Shown here piece by piece: positions 17,121 to 27,501 of a DNA stretch of 64,000 nt (the stretch's first letter is position 1; every line of letters begins with the position of its first letter). The position numbers and the translations under genes are program-made. The notes beneath the pieces are model-generated. The model did no database searches. It was given only the letters and a program-made list of their open reading frames with translations, and was not told the origin of the DNA. This DNA comes from a virus: UHGV virus genome UHGV-0272730; one strand, written 5' to 3'.

Positions 17121-17704
17121 CAGTAAGTTTTAATTACAATAGTGATGGCTCTGTATCAATTAATTCACCATATGCAAATGACCTTCTTAAAGAGCTAGTC
17201 AATCAGTGTGATAGAGGTCTTCACTATGTTCAAAATTCTTTTAAACAGAAGACTATTGCTAATAACTTGATGCGTGTAACAGTGACGGCATCTAATCCAA
17301 ATTATGACTTTGATAGTGAAAGTCCGTATTCATTAGTTGCGCTTGGAGAGAGCAGCCAATTCAAACTTGTTTGCCACGACTCAGAAACATTCCTTAAGGT
17401 ATTTTCCAACCTTATCCATAATAATAAGTACAGCTACGTTGATGGTAGTGTAAATTTCTATCCAGCAAACTATACATGTTTGTTGGTTGATAATATGAGA
17501 AAAAGTAAGCAAGAGCCTACGGAAATTTCATTTGATGTGAACTCTAGTCCAGATGCAGAAACAAGTAAGAACTTTGATATGAGTTACGCATTGTCACTCA
17601 GTAAGAAATCCGAGTTCATTGATTATGTCAATGGATTTGGTTTTAAGTTTGATGAGAGTATGAATCTTAAAAAACTTAAGAACCTACTTAAGACCAAAGC
17701 TTAA
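17114..17704 (+). CDS. hypothetical protein
   Basis: 196 aa ORF. Confidence 0.45.
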   Translation: MLTVSFNYNSDGSVSINSPYANDLLKELVNQCDRGLHYVQNSFKQKTIANNLMRVTVTASNPNYDFDSESPYSLVALGESSQFKLVCHDSETFLKVFSNLIHNNKYSYVDGSVNFYPANYTCLLVDNMRKSKQEPTEISFDVNSSPDAETSKNFDMSYALSLSKKSEFIDYVNGFGFKFDESMNLKKLKNLLKTKA

Positions 17705-17751
17705 GTGTGAATAGGGGCTTATGCCCCTTTAACTATTTATAAGGATATTTA

Positions 17752-18123
17752 ATGAAAGCTAAGAGTGCAAAAGACTTTTATTGCTTCCTACAATCCTATA
17801 TCAATTCCGTGCAAAATGGTGAAAGGTACAACCTTAATGATGTTATCCCAACACCTTTGACATGGAGACTCAGTAAATGGCCTGAAGAAGATATTACACC
17901 AACAATCGAACAGCGTACCTACAAACCTGAAATCAATATTCCAGACTCTGATAATCTATTATACCCAATGTTCCATATTGTTGGTCTTGGAAGATTCCTT
18001 ATGGATATCCAGTATGTAATTGGTAAAGGTTATAAGGTTAAAGGTATTGTCGTTGGTGATGTATCTCCGAATCACAAAGGTTATTTTAGACTAAACGCAC
18101 ATTTAGAGGCTGAAAAGAAATGA
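17752..18123 (+). CDS. hypothetical protein, paralogue of N-terminus of next gene
   Basis: 123 aa; shares RY-(N/D)...W-PE-DI...YKP...LLY...FMD-QY-I motifs with 18120..19004 product. Confidence 0.45.
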   Translation: MKAKSAKDFYCFLQSYINSVQNGERYNLNDVIPTPLTWRLSKWPEEDITPTIEQRTYKPEINIPDSDNLLYPMFHIVGLGRFLMDIQYVIGKGYKVKGIVVGDVSPNHKGYFRLNAHLEAEKK

Positions 18124-19004
18124 TTAAAGCAAAGACTTACCCAGACTTCAAAGAGTTTGTGAAGGGCTTCATTGCAAACGTAAAGGCTGGTAAGAGATAT
18201 GATTTTAGAACATATCAAGAGGCTATTTTACCACTTACCTATAGTTCATATTGGCCTGAAGCTGATATTGCAGAAGTTGAGAAGTTTGACTACAAACCAG
18301 ACTACAAAGTCCCATTTAGTGATGAGTTGCTTTACAGCGTTGGTGCTCAAATGAGAACTTCTGACTTCTTCATGGACTTACAATATGCAATTATCAATGG
18401 TAAAGATGTTGATACAGTTTATTGTGAATGGCTGGCAAGGGTTAAACCATTCTCAATGTTGAATGCTAAGTTGAAGGATGCTATCAAGCCACCAGCAATT
18501 ACTCAGCAGCCAACAGGTCAAACAGTTAATGAGGGTGGCACACTTACTCTAACCATTCTAGCAACTAACGCCACTGGATATCAGTGGAAAAAGGATGGTG
18601 AGGACATCCCTAGTGCCAATTCTGCAACTTACACAAAACAGTCAGTAGCACCTTCTGACGCTGGTTCATACACTTGTGTTGTATCTGGAGAAGGTGGAAC
18701 AAGTGTTACCTCAGATGCAGCAACAGTGACTGTGAACGCACTACCTGTGATTACCAAGCAACCTTCTAACCAGACTATTAATGAAGGTGGAAACATCAAC
18801 TTAGCAGTTACTGCAACAGGTGCAACAGGTTACCAGTGGAAGAAAGGTGAGGAAGATATCCTTGATGCAACCGCTGCAACTTACACTAAAGAAGGTGCAA
18901 CCGCTGCTGATTCAGGAAGCTACACCTGTGTAGTTACTGGTGCAGGTGGCTCTGTAACATCTAATGCAGCAACAGTTACAGTTAACCCAGCAGGGGAGGC
19001 ATAA
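18120..19004 (+). CDS. protein with two tandem Ig-like repeats
   Basis: 294 aa; C-terminal half has two roughly 90 aa repeats (...TGYQWKK(D/G)(G/E)EDI...ATYTK...GSYTCVV(S/T)G...ATVTVN). Confidence 0.5.
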   Translation: MIKAKTYPDFKEFVKGFIANVKAGKRYDFRTYQEAILPLTYSSYWPEADIAEVEKFDYKPDYKVPFSDELLYSVGAQMRTSDFFMDLQYAIINGKDVDTVYCEWLARVKPFSMLNAKLKDAIKPPAITQQPTGQTVNEGGTLTLTILATNATGYQWKKDGEDIPSANSATYTKQSVAPSDAGSYTCVVSGEGGTSVTSDAATVTVNALPVITKQPSNQTINEGGNINLAVTATGATGYQWKKGEEDILDATAATYTKEGATAADSGSYTCVVTGAGGSVTSNAATVTVNPAGEA

Positions 19005-19468
19005 TGCAACTCTCAAGAAAAGGTTTAGAGGCTATTAAGTTCTTTGAAGGTCTGAAGTTAGAGGCTTACGAAGACTCTGCCGGAATCCCAACAATCGGGT
19101 ATGGGACAATCCGTATTGACGGAAAACCTGTTAAGATGGGTATGAAAATTACTGCTGAACAAGCTGAACAGTATCTTCTTGCAGATGTTGAGAAGTTCGT
19201 TGCAGCAGTGAATAAAGCTATCAAGGTTCCAACTTCTCAGAACGAGTTCGATGCACTTGTAAGTGAAACATACAACATCGGTATCACAGCTATGCAGGAT
19301 TCTACATTTATCAAGCGCCACAATGCTGGTAATAAGGTCGGTTGTGCAGAAGCTATGCAGTGGTGGAACAAGGTTACAGTCAAAGGTAAGAAGGTCACTT
19401 CAAACGGCCTGAAAAACAGACGTAGAATGGAAGCTGACATTTATCTTGACAGTGTATATCCAAAGTAA
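19004..19468 (+). CDS. lysozyme (GH24-like endolysin)
   Basis: 154 aa; N-terminal GLEAIKFFEGLKLEAYEDSAGIPTIGYGT matches the catalytic EG...Y.D..G..TIGYG region of phage lysozymes. Confidence 0.8.
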   Translation: MQLSRKGLEAIKFFEGLKLEAYEDSAGIPTIGYGTIRIDGKPVKMGMKITAEQAEQYLLADVEKFVAAVNKAIKVPTSQNEFDALVSETYNIGITAMQDSTFIKRHNAGNKVGCAEAMQWWNKVTVKGKKVTSNGLKNRRRMEADIYLDSVYPK

Positions 19469-19478
19469 TATCTTCATA

Positions 19479-19504
19479 GGCTCCTTCGGGAGCCTTTTTT
19501 ATTT
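19479..19504 (+). terminator. rho-independent terminator after lysozyme
   Basis: GGCTCCTTCGGGAGCC hairpin followed by TTTTTTATTTT. Confidence 0.6.
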
Positions 19505-19519
19505 TCTAAGGAGAAAATT

Positions 19520-19918
19520 ATGAAACTTTGGGCTAGTGACTTTGGAACTTTTAAGTACACTCGTAATGGCTCGCTTGTACGCATTGTCGGGAACAATGTG
19601 GTTTCAAGAGGTGACAAAGTATATACACGGTTTACTGTAGAGCTTGTTGAACTGTCACCTATTGAGTCTGTGAACAATGGCCTGTTCAAGTTTGAGACTT
19701 ACAATGTCAACGAACATGGACAATTCAACCCTCTTGGCGAAAGTGGACTTGATATTATTTCAGAGCACCCATTGACAAAAGAGCAACTCGCAAGTTATTA
19801 TAAAACTGTTCTGGAAAGGCAGTTAGCAACACATGAACAAGAAGCTAACTATCATTTACAACATTGCGAAGCTTTAAGAGCAAAAATAGAACAAGCAGAG
19901 AGAGGTTTTTATGAATAA
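19520..19918 (+). CDS. hypothetical protein
   Basis: 132 aa ORF with GGAG SD upstream. Confidence 0.45.
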   Translation: MKLWASDFGTFKYTRNGSLVRIVGNNVVSRGDKVYTRFTVELVELSPIESVNNGLFKFETYNVNEHGQFNPLGESGLDIISEHPLTKEQLASYYKTVLERQLATHEQEANYHLQHCEALRAKIEQAERGFYE

Positions 19919-20300
19919 AGAGATTCAAGTAAAAGTTGACACCTTTGGCCATGATGGTCGAGAAGATGCTGGACTTGCTGAAGCAGTGATTTTTGAGTGT
20001 AATGGGAATATTAGTCTTCGCTTTACAGGCTCAGGTAGCACCCTTCGCAGAATGCGAGATGATGCAGATGGTTGCCCTGTATTTGGCTGGTATGACATGG
20101 AGTTTCCTCTTTACGCCATCCATTATCCAGATGGTGGAGAAGACTGGACAACTCAATCAATCCGCGATGAGCTTAATGGCATTCCAGTTGAGCAAGAAGA
20201 GCAAGAGCCTGTTGAACTCACCTTCACTTTTATCAAAGAAGAGAAAGTTGGTGATTTGTCTGTAACTGAAGCAATTCAAGTCTCACAGGTTGTTCGTTAA
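19911..20300 (+). CDS. hypothetical protein
   Basis: 129 aa ORF, overlaps neighbour (operon). Confidence 0.45.
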   Translation: MNKEIQVKVDTFGHDGREDAGLAEAVIFECNGNISLRFTGSGSTLRRMRDDADGCPVFGWYDMEFPLYAIHYPDGGEDWTTQSIRDELNGIPVEQEEQEPVELTFTFIKEEKVGDLSVTEAIQVSQVVR

Positions 20301-20593
20301 TGAGTAAAGTACAGGTTGTTTTCCCTATTTGTGACTTCTCACTAGAGCGTGAACTTGACCTGTACGAAGAAATTACTGACGAAATTATCTGGTCTGTTGT
20401 AGAAGAGGCTATCAAGAAGCTGTATGGTGGCCTCTTAAATCCATCAAGTAAGAAGTTAAGCACTAAGCAAGTAGCTGACCCATATGTTTCATACGATGCC
20501 TGCAACAAGCCTTTTGAAAATACCTGCTTTGACCTTATGGTAGGTAATAACAAAGTCAACTATTTCTTCGTCAGAGAGTTTAACGATGAGTAA
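20300..20593 (+). CDS. hypothetical protein
   Basis: 97 aa ORF. Confidence 0.4.
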   Translation: MSKVQVVFPICDFSLERELDLYEEITDEIIWSVVEEAIKKLYGGLLNPSSKKLSTKQVADPYVSYDACNKPFENTCFDLMVGNNKVNYFFVREFNDE

Positions 20594-20930
20594 GCTCCAT
20601 GTCACAGTTTACAAAAACTTCTCAGATATCAAAGAGTCTTTAACAAACAAGCTTGATATGCAACGGAAAAGACTCTTTTTAATGTATGACATAGACAACT
20701 ACAACCATCCTAAAGAGTTTAACTACAAAGATGGTACAAAGGTTGTTGAGTTTGAAGATTCTGTGACGGTGTATGTAAAATATGACTTACCAGCAAAGTA
20801 TATAGGGATGTTAGAGTACTACATATTCAAACATACTGGTATGCGTGGTGAGTCTGTCAAGATATCTTCTATAGAAGTTTTTGAGAAACCTAACACACAA
20901 CTTAAAAAGTATTTAATGAGGAAACTGTAA
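20586..20930 (+). CDS. hypothetical protein
   Basis: 114 aa ORF. Confidence 0.4.
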   Translation: MSKLHVTVYKNFSDIKESLTNKLDMQRKRLFLMYDIDNYNHPKEFNYKDGTKVVEFEDSVTVYVKYDLPAKYIGMLEYYIFKHTGMRGESVKISSIEVFEKPNTQLKKYLMRKL

Positions 20931-21511
20931 TGTCCGAAGAGCAACAGAATATCACGCCACAAGTAACACTGGTACAGCATTTTGGAAATATTGAAGGGTG
21001 TATTGCACTTTTTCAACCAAATATCAACTCTCCTGTAAAAGTTTGTAAGTTGACTATGAATGTTAACAACATCAGTGTTTGCCTTGTTGAAGAAGTTCAA
21101 TATTTCAAGTTCAATGACAGAGAGGTTGATGCCGCACTATTGAAGTATCGAGCAAACCTCGAAAAAGACATTGACCACAAAGAGCTTGTAACACTGTTTG
21201 GTGACCTTCACAAGCTTCTTGAAAAGGTTATGAAGCGCACATACTACATGAACAACGGTTCAATCATCACCACTTTGATTTCACCATGTATTTCAGAGCC
21301 AATTTTAACTGATGACGGTGGATACTACGTGGTAGCATCAGCAGATTCTGATTGGTGGATGAAAAATACAGCACTGAAAACGGTGATTGAAGCCATTCGT
21401 GAGCATATCCCTTCATTCAGCCCGTGGAAAGGTAAAAGTGATGATTTCATTGCACTATTGAGTGAAGAGAGTAACAAGCGCAGTGCATTGCTGCCTAAAA
21501 AATACTCTTGA
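20930..21511 (+). CDS. hypothetical protein
   Basis: 193 aa ORF. Confidence 0.45.
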   Translation: MSEEQQNITPQVTLVQHFGNIEGCIALFQPNINSPVKVCKLTMNVNNISVCLVEEVQYFKFNDREVDAALLKYRANLEKDIDHKELVTLFGDLHKLLEKVMKRTYYMNNGSIITTLISPCISEPILTDDGGYYVVASADSDWWMKNTALKTVIEAIREHIPSFSPWKGKSDDFIALLSEESNKRSALLPKKYS

Positions 21512-21583
21512 CCGAGTATACAATATTGACTATGATGGGAGCTATCGAGAGGTAGTTCCCTTTTTAGTTTCTGGAGAATAGTT

Positions 21584-22129
21584 ATGGCTAAAGTGAAAGA
21601 GCACGATAAAATTATTTTGTATGTTAAACAGAATCCTTCAAAGAGTGTTGAGGCTGTTGTAACACACATCTCACACAATGGTACAGTTTATTTCCGACCA
21701 CTGAAGAACTTAGACTTTGACACAACACCAAACCACACATTCAGTACTTCTGCAAGACTGTGTGCAGGTACTGTATACTCAACTGCTGAGATTGATTCCT
21801 TATCTTTCACAGGTGCTTACAAAAACTTTATAGGGATTGCCCTAAAGGACTCTGAAGAATCTTTTAAATTTTTCATGGAGACTAATAAAGGTTGCTACGC
21901 ACATGTTATGCCAGTCTATAAGAAAGTTGACACAGAGCTTACCAGTAAGTGCGAAGAGATTAGTAGTGACCTGAAGGAGCGCAAAACAGCTATTCAGAAT
22001 GCCATTTACATCATTGAGAGGAACCATTTAGAAGTTCTTTTCAGAGATATGCTAAAAGCAGGGTTTACCCCAAACGAAATTACAAGAGAAACACAACGCC
22101 AGTTCAGAAACGCTATGGTGAAAGAATGA
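21584..22129 (+). CDS. hypothetical protein
   Basis: 181 aa ORF. Confidence 0.45.
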   Translation: MAKVKEHDKIILYVKQNPSKSVEAVVTHISHNGTVYFRPLKNLDFDTTPNHTFSTSARLCAGTVYSTAEIDSLSFTGAYKNFIGIALKDSEESFKFFMETNKGCYAHVMPVYKKVDTELTSKCEEISSDLKERKTAIQNAIYIIERNHLEVLFRDMLKAGFTPNEITRETQRQFRNAMVKE

Positions 22130-22344
22130 AAAAACTAACTACAGTTGAAGACTACTACAAACTGTCCCTGTTAGAGCAGTATCGTAGGAGCCAGAATATC
22201 AGAAAATGCTACGGTAAACACGCTGAAGGTGACTTTTACCGTTGCTACGATGCAGATTTAAAAGGTGTAACACCTAGAGGGAAAGTCCTGCAAAGACTTG
22301 TTGACCTTGAGTGGAACAAACGATTGAGAGGGGTTGGGAAATGA
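22126..22344 (+). CDS. hypothetical protein
   Basis: 72 aa ORF. Confidence 0.35.
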   Translation: MKKLTTVEDYYKLSLLEQYRRSQNIRKCYGKHAEGDFYRCYDADLKGVTPRGKVLQRLVDLEWNKRLRGVGK

Positions 22345-22844
22345 TTTACGAAGAAAGATACAAGATAGATTATCAGAAGACTGGTCATCATACTTCACTA
22401 AGAGTAACCAAACCAAATGGGGATACTGGTATCATAGCACATTTTGGTGGTGATTATTGGTACGGTACAGGTTGCTTTGAAGGCTACACTCAAGAATACT
22501 TAAAAGCTTTCTACAGAGACTTTACAAATGACTACAACAGGGTTGTTGAAGAGAAGAATAAGTGCATTAAGCATGAATACCATGCTAGAGGTTGTCTGAA
22601 TATTGTTATGATACTGGTTTTCTTCTTAGCAACATTACTAGCTGTATCAGCAATCAGCTACATAGCTCAAGACTTGACCATTACACAGATTACTGCAAAG
22701 TTGCATGATGTCTGGTACTTGTATGTTGTTCCTTTAGCTGGTATCATCATCTCACTAATGAGGTTCAGAGTTCATAAGAAACGACTTAAGGATTCTGAGG
22801 TTAAACTTGAAGAGGTAAGTAAAGAATGCAACCTACAATTATAG
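22311..22844 (+). CDS. hypothetical membrane protein (two C-terminal TM helices)
   Basis: 177 aa; IVMILVFFLATLLAVSAISYIA and WYLYVVPLAGIIISLM hydrophobic segments. Confidence 0.45.
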   Translation: MEQTIERGWEMIYEERYKIDYQKTGHHTSLRVTKPNGDTGIIAHFGGDYWYGTGCFEGYTQEYLKAFYRDFTNDYNRVVEEKNKCIKHEYHARGCLNIVMILVFFLATLLAVSAISYIAQDLTITQITAKLHDVWYLYVVPLAGIIISLMRFRVHKKRLKDSEVKLEEVSKECNLQL

Positions 22845-22920
22845 CTGTATGTATTCGTTTTGCAATCGCTGAAATGATTAACAAGGCAATCTTAAAAGAT
22901 GCCTATGGAGAGACTAAGTA

Positions 22921-23145
22921 ATGATTAAGACACCTGTACCAATTTTTGGATTTCCTTCTATAGAAGAGTTCAAAGTTTATCTTGACAAAAACTTCTACAA
23001 CGAGCAGCCTGTTACTTTGCTGAAGAGTGACTTATCAGAGCTTCTTGATATGGTTATCAAGGCAACTTCTGAGAAGGAGCCTGAACAGAAAGCTGAGAAG
23101 AAGACTAGTAAGAAATCCGATAAGAAGACTGAAAAGTCTGAGTAA
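22921..23145 (+). CDS. hypothetical protein with lysine-rich tail
   Basis: 74 aa ORF. Confidence 0.35.
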   Translation: MIKTPVPIFGFPSIEEFKVYLDKNFYNEQPVTLLKSDLSELLDMVIKATSEKEPEQKAEKKTSKKSDKKTEKSE

Positions 23146-23198
23146 TAGCTTGAGGGGTTACTTGATAGCCCCTTTGTAGGAACTTAGAAGGTAGCGAA

Positions 23199-23621
23199 AT
23201 GAAAGAGCTTATTGGTAAAAGATTGACAGTTTACTGCTCTAAAACAAAGAAACCACTTACTTCTGTGAAGGTCTTTGATGTTGACACCACTGGTGTAGAG
23301 TACCCAATCCAATGCACAATAATTACTCCATTCCATGCAGATGATATGGATTTTAAAGAGTGTGAAGTGATATCTTTTAATGCTGATGGGTATTGGAGAG
23401 GTAAGTTAAACAAGCAATCAGAAGATTTTGATATGCAAATCCTTATCAATGAAGGCTATATCGGTGTAAAAGATATCCTCGTAGAAGCCTATGAAGAAGG
23501 TATAATTGATATTGTGCATGATGTTGAAAAAGCTTTAAAGCTTGTTATGCCGCATTTAGAATCTGGAAAGCTGACTTTAGAGATGCTTAATAGGGTTATT
23601 CGGAGAGCTTATGAAAATTAA
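23199..23621 (+). CDS. hypothetical protein
   Basis: 140 aa ORF with GGTAGCGAA SD region. Confidence 0.45.
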   Translation: MKELIGKRLTVYCSKTKKPLTSVKVFDVDTTGVEYPIQCTIITPFHADDMDFKECEVISFNADGYWRGKLNKQSEDFDMQILINEGYIGVKDILVEAYEEGIIDIVHDVEKALKLVMPHLESGKLTLEMLNRVIRRAYEN

Positions 23622-24075
23622 AGAAGTAGTTCAAAGAGCAATGCTTGACAATTCTACTAAAGATGAGATGTACACAGAAATTTGTGATAAGTTGAACTGC
23701 TCAAGACATGCTGCTAAGGTTCTTGTACACTGTTTTATCTGGGAATGCTCAGAAGCTTATATGAAACACGTAGCTTTTGAGAGTTCTCATTTACTCGGTG
23801 ATGCAAAAATAGGTGTAGCACTAAAAGAGCCTGAGATGAAAACAGTACCTAAAGTTGGTAATGTGTATAAACTAAAAAATTTTATTACAGGCGAGATTGT
23901 TGCAGAAGGTGAAGTGCAACAGGTTTATCATGATGGTAAATATCTGTTTAAGATATTCGAGTATGATAGTCGTTACAGACACTTATGTGGTATTACATTT
24001 TTAGTTTCAGAGGATGACCTCATCAAGAACAATAGTAATAAATTCGCAGTACCAGAATATCAAGTTTTACGATAA
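23611..24075 (+). CDS. hypothetical protein
   Basis: 154 aa ORF. Confidence 0.45.
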   Translation: MKIKEVVQRAMLDNSTKDEMYTEICDKLNCSRHAAKVLVHCFIWECSEAYMKHVAFESSHLLGDAKIGVALKEPEMKTVPKVGNVYKLKNFITGEIVAEGEVQQVYHDGKYLFKIFEYDSRYRHLCGITFLVSEDDLIKNNSNKFAVPEYQVLR

Positions 24076-24088
24076 TGGTGTGATAGAT

Positions 24089-24637
24089 ATGGAAAAAGAT
24101 AACTTAAAAGAAGTTGAAGGTAACTACTTAGTACTTGACTGGAAGGATGTTCGGGAAGCACTCTCCGAAGAAAATCTTGACTGGTTCGAACAAATTATCT
24201 TTGCAGTACGGCATAACCGAGAAGTTGAAAATGGTAAAGAGCCACTTGAAGGAATCTTTGTAGAAAGGTCTTATCCGTTCTATGAAGACACTTTGCAGAA
24301 AGTTAAGATGTACTTTAAACAGAAGAACCGTAAAGTGGTCACTATGGTATCTCTTGGTGGACAGAGTATGTCTGTGATGGAAGATATCAACCCTAAGAGA
24401 CCGAGTAAAGGTGTTTGTATAAAAATCACAGGACATGAAGAGTATATCTCAGTGGCTGACTTTAGTGCATTCTGTAGTGGTTCTTGTGTCTTTAATGGTT
24501 TTCACTATGATATCCGAGTGTACCCAATCAAGGGAGATGCTGTTATGATGCAGATATTCGATAACAATAATGGATTTACTCATTTTTATCAGACAACCAA
24601 GTCATCCCTAAAAACAGTTCTGGAAACACTGATTTAA
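24089..24637 (+). CDS. hypothetical protein (start moved to internal ATG)
   Basis: Track ORF 24014..24637 overlaps upstream gene; ATG at 24089 lies 14 nt after upstream stop. Confidence 0.4.
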   Translation: MEKDNLKEVEGNYLVLDWKDVREALSEENLDWFEQIIFAVRHNREVENGKEPLEGIFVERSYPFYEDTLQKVKMYFKQKNRKVVTMVSLGGQSMSVMEDINPKRPSKGVCIKITGHEEYISVADFSAFCSGSCVFNGFHYDIRVYPIKGDAVMMQIFDNNNGFTHFYQTTKSSLKTVLETLI

Positions 24638-24647
24638 AATATCTTAA

Positions 24648-24673
24648 GAGCCTCCTTAATCGGGGGCTTTTTA
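24648..24673 (+). terminator. rho-independent terminator ending plus-strand block
   Basis: GAGCCTCCTTAATCGGGGGCT hairpin followed by TTTTT. Confidence 0.55.
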
Positions 24674-26262
24674 TTGAGTAAAATTTACGAAATTTATATT
24701 TTTTATAAAATTTTATCGGTTGTCCCAACCTCTGGGTCACCATCATATGTGAATAAAATATCTACCCTTCTTAACAACCTTCTTAATCTTACTCTCTATA
24801 TAGTTATATAGTACTATATAGTATCTTAGTAACTATCTAGTGGTCTTAATAGCCCTCTGTATAGCCCTTCTAAATAGCCCTCTAAACACTCTTCTAACAA
24901 GCCTTCTTAACAACCTATACAATCACCTTAACCATCTCTCTACACTCTCTTAGAAGCTCCTATACACCTCTTAATCTCTATGTCAGCTATGATACTCTCT
25001 ATAGGTGTTCACTAGGTGCTACTAAGCCTCTATATAGACTGTTTTAACAAACTTAACAGGAATATCTTTACAGACCTTATCTCACAAGGTCTAACACGGT
25101 ACTAACAAGGTATCTTATAAGCCTGTTATTACCTGTATTTTAGAAAGACTGTATAGGTAATTATTCAGATTTTTAAAATTTTTATAAAATAGGACTATCA
25201 AGTCATTTTTTAGGGTCTTTGAAGGAACTGAAAAATATCTGTAGAAGATGTATATCTGCTTGGTAGCCCTTAACAGCTCCCTTACAAGTACTTTGCAAAA
25301 TTTTAAAATATCCTTAACAATCTCTTAACAGCTCTAACACCTTCTTAACAACTCTTCAAAGGTCTTAACAGATTCTTAACAGAACTAACAAGAGCGTAAC
25401 AGTTTCTTAACAGTTGATACATAGGCTTTACAGAATCTTAACAGATGACTAACAAGAGCTAACAAGTTAATTTTTAAGAGTTATTTTGTTAAGATAATTA
25501 ACAAGTCTCTAACAAGTGTTTAATCTTTTTAACAAGCTATTAACATGGTCACTACTCTTTCTTATCGTTCCCTTTCCCTTCTTAGTGATTCTTTAAACAT
25601 ACCTCTTAAAAGCTCTCTATAGCTCTTTATAGCCTCTTTTAAGCCTCTTCCTAGTAGTTACACCCCAACTGTACAGATACCTCTTTATAGAGCTTTACAG
25701 GAGCTTTTAAGGCTATGTCAAAGACTCTTACAAGGCTTTTACGTGGCCTTAACAGAGATTTAACAAGGGGCTAACAAGTCTCTAACAAGTGCCTTAAAAG
25801 CATAACTATGTAGGGATTGTTAAGAAATTGTTAAGAGAATGTTAAGGGGGCTAGCATTTACGTAACTTTATAGCCCCTTTTACGTAACTTTTAAGCTACT
25901 TCAAAGTAACTTTATAGCCCCTATAACATACTTTTAAGACACTAACAAGCCCTTTTTAGATATTCACAAGAATACTAATGAGATGATAAAGCTTACACCC
26001 TTATAAGATTCTTTTAAGTCTCTGGGAAGCTTTATAAAGGGCTTTTAAGGGTGAGGTAATGCAATCCCTTAAGTTAGGTTGATAAGGCTGTTATAGAGCT
26101 TTATAGAGCGTTTAAATGGGCCATCCCCTTTCTGGGGTTATTGGCTTTTATTTAAGTTGATTTGATAAGAGGTTATAGAGTAGACTATAGAGTTATTGCT
26201 TTTAAGGTCTGATAAGATTCTGGAAAGGTGAGGGAAAGGGATTGTATAAGGATTCGATAGAC
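24674..26262. repeat. ORF-free repeat-rich region with iterated TTAACA(A/G) motifs
   Basis: No ORF of 60 aa or more on either strand; more than 20 copies of CTTAACAG/CTAACAAG, densest 25260-25800 at roughly 10-11 bp spacing; CTATATAG-type palindromes at 24800-25030. Confidence 0.6.
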
Positions 26263-26288
26263 GTAAAAAAGCCCCTTTAAATAGGGGC
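26263..26288 (-). terminator. rho-independent terminator ending minus-strand early block
   Basis: Minus strand hairpin GCCCCTATTTAAAGGGGC followed by TTTTTT. Confidence 0.55.
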
Positions 26289-26327
26289 TGTTCAGGTATC
26301 TGGGGCTATTTAGCCCCGCTGCGTCGA

Positions 26328-26576
26328 TTAGTTATAATCTTGCTTGTTGTAGTACAGGGAGACAATTTTTTCTCCCCAGTAGTGGTAGTGATATTCCTCG
26401 TTTATGGCTTCTTTTACAGCGTCCTTCCAAAAGTCATCGGTAGGGTTATAATCTGGTAGCACCTGCTGAATCAGCATTTTGATAAGGTCAAAGGTGTTAT
26501 TTGTTCCACCGATATCGAATTTTGCATCAAGTTCGTGGCAGCCATAAGCATTAACAGTTACGCGGATAGTTGACAT
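26328..26576 (-). CDS. hypothetical early protein
   Basis: 82 aa ORF preceded by conserved intergenic cassette with GGAG SD. Confidence 0.45.
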   Translation of the reverse strand: MSTIRVTVNAYGCHELDAKFDIGGTNNTFDLIKMLIQQVLPDYNPTDDFWKDAVKEAINEEYHYHYWGEKIVSLYYNKQDYN

Positions 26577-26640
26577 AATTTAGATTCTCCAGTTTAGGAC
26601 TTTACTTAGTGGGGGAGGTCATCCCCCGTTAATTAGTAAT

Positions 26641-26904
26641 TTACTGCATATTGGCGTATGTTGCAAGCCTTTTTTCGTTGTATTTTGTAAGAATCTCACA
26701 AGATACAACATCATACTTTGTGACAGCGTTGCCTTTATCGAGGTCAAAAAAGCCAAACGCTTTACCATCTTTGAATCCGACAACTTCGTAAGATTCTTTG
26801 ATGATTTCACCATTGAACAAATCACTTTCGATACGGTGAAATAATGCTACATCTTCTTTGTCGGTTGCAATTTGTAAAAGTGTGGTTAATTCTACGTTTT
26901 CCAT
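26641..26904 (-). CDS. hypothetical early protein
   Basis: 87 aa ORF preceded by cassette. Confidence 0.45.
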   Translation of the reverse strand: MENVELTTLLQIATDKEDVALFHRIESDLFNGEIIKESYEVVGFKDGKAFGFFDLDKGNAVTKYDVVSCEILTKYNEKRLATYANMQ

Positions 26905-26970
26905 CTTGATAACTCCAGTTTAGGATTTTATTTAGTGGGGAAGGCCATTCCCTCCCCGTTGATTGACAAT

Positions 26971-27501
26971 TTACAGACTTTTAATTGTCTCGTCAATATC
27001 TTTTTCAATGTCTTTTAAAGTTTTTTCTAAGTTCTTGATATTAAAGGATAAACCTTCACCAAGAGTCTTAGAGTAACCACTAGGACGTAAATTATACAGT
27101 TTAATTTCTTCCACTTTAAAGAGACTAACTAACTCACCGTTTACATCATAAGCCATTGAAACAGTATTTGCAGGTGCATTGTAAAACTTGTTTAAGGACT
27201 TGATAGAACGTTCATAAGCCATTTTATAACCATTTAAAAGGTTTTTAACGTGATTGTGAACGTTTTTACACTCATCTAAGTAAAGACCTAAAAACATCGG
27301 GAGAAGTTCCGCGACAGCTTGCATAAAGTGAGAAACTACAACAGTAGAAACATTACGACGATGGACGTAATAAGCTCCGTTTTCTGATTTAGTGATGGTT
27401 GCAAAGTGTACACCATTGCAACGAAATTCATAGGTATCTTTAACAGGCTTTGACATTACAGCATTTGAACGAATGAAGTTGATAGCTTGAAATTTGTTCA
27501 T
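26971..27501 (-). CDS. hypothetical early protein
   Basis: 176 aa ORF preceded by cassette. Confidence 0.45.
   Translation of the reverse strand: MNKFQAINFIRSNAVMSKPVKDTYEFRCNGVHFATITKSENGAYYVHRRNVSTVVVSHFMQAVAELLPMFLGLYLDECKNVHNHVKNLLNGYKMAYERSIKSLNKFYNAPANTVSMAYDVNGELVSLFKVEEIKLYNLRPSGYSKTLGEGLSFNIKNLEKTLKDIEKDIDETIKSL

Noticed and set aside
24674-26262. Possible CRISPR array in the repeat-rich ORF-free region
   Set aside because: Repeats are short (7-9 bp), irregularly spaced and not separated by unique spacers of constant length; no cas genes nearby
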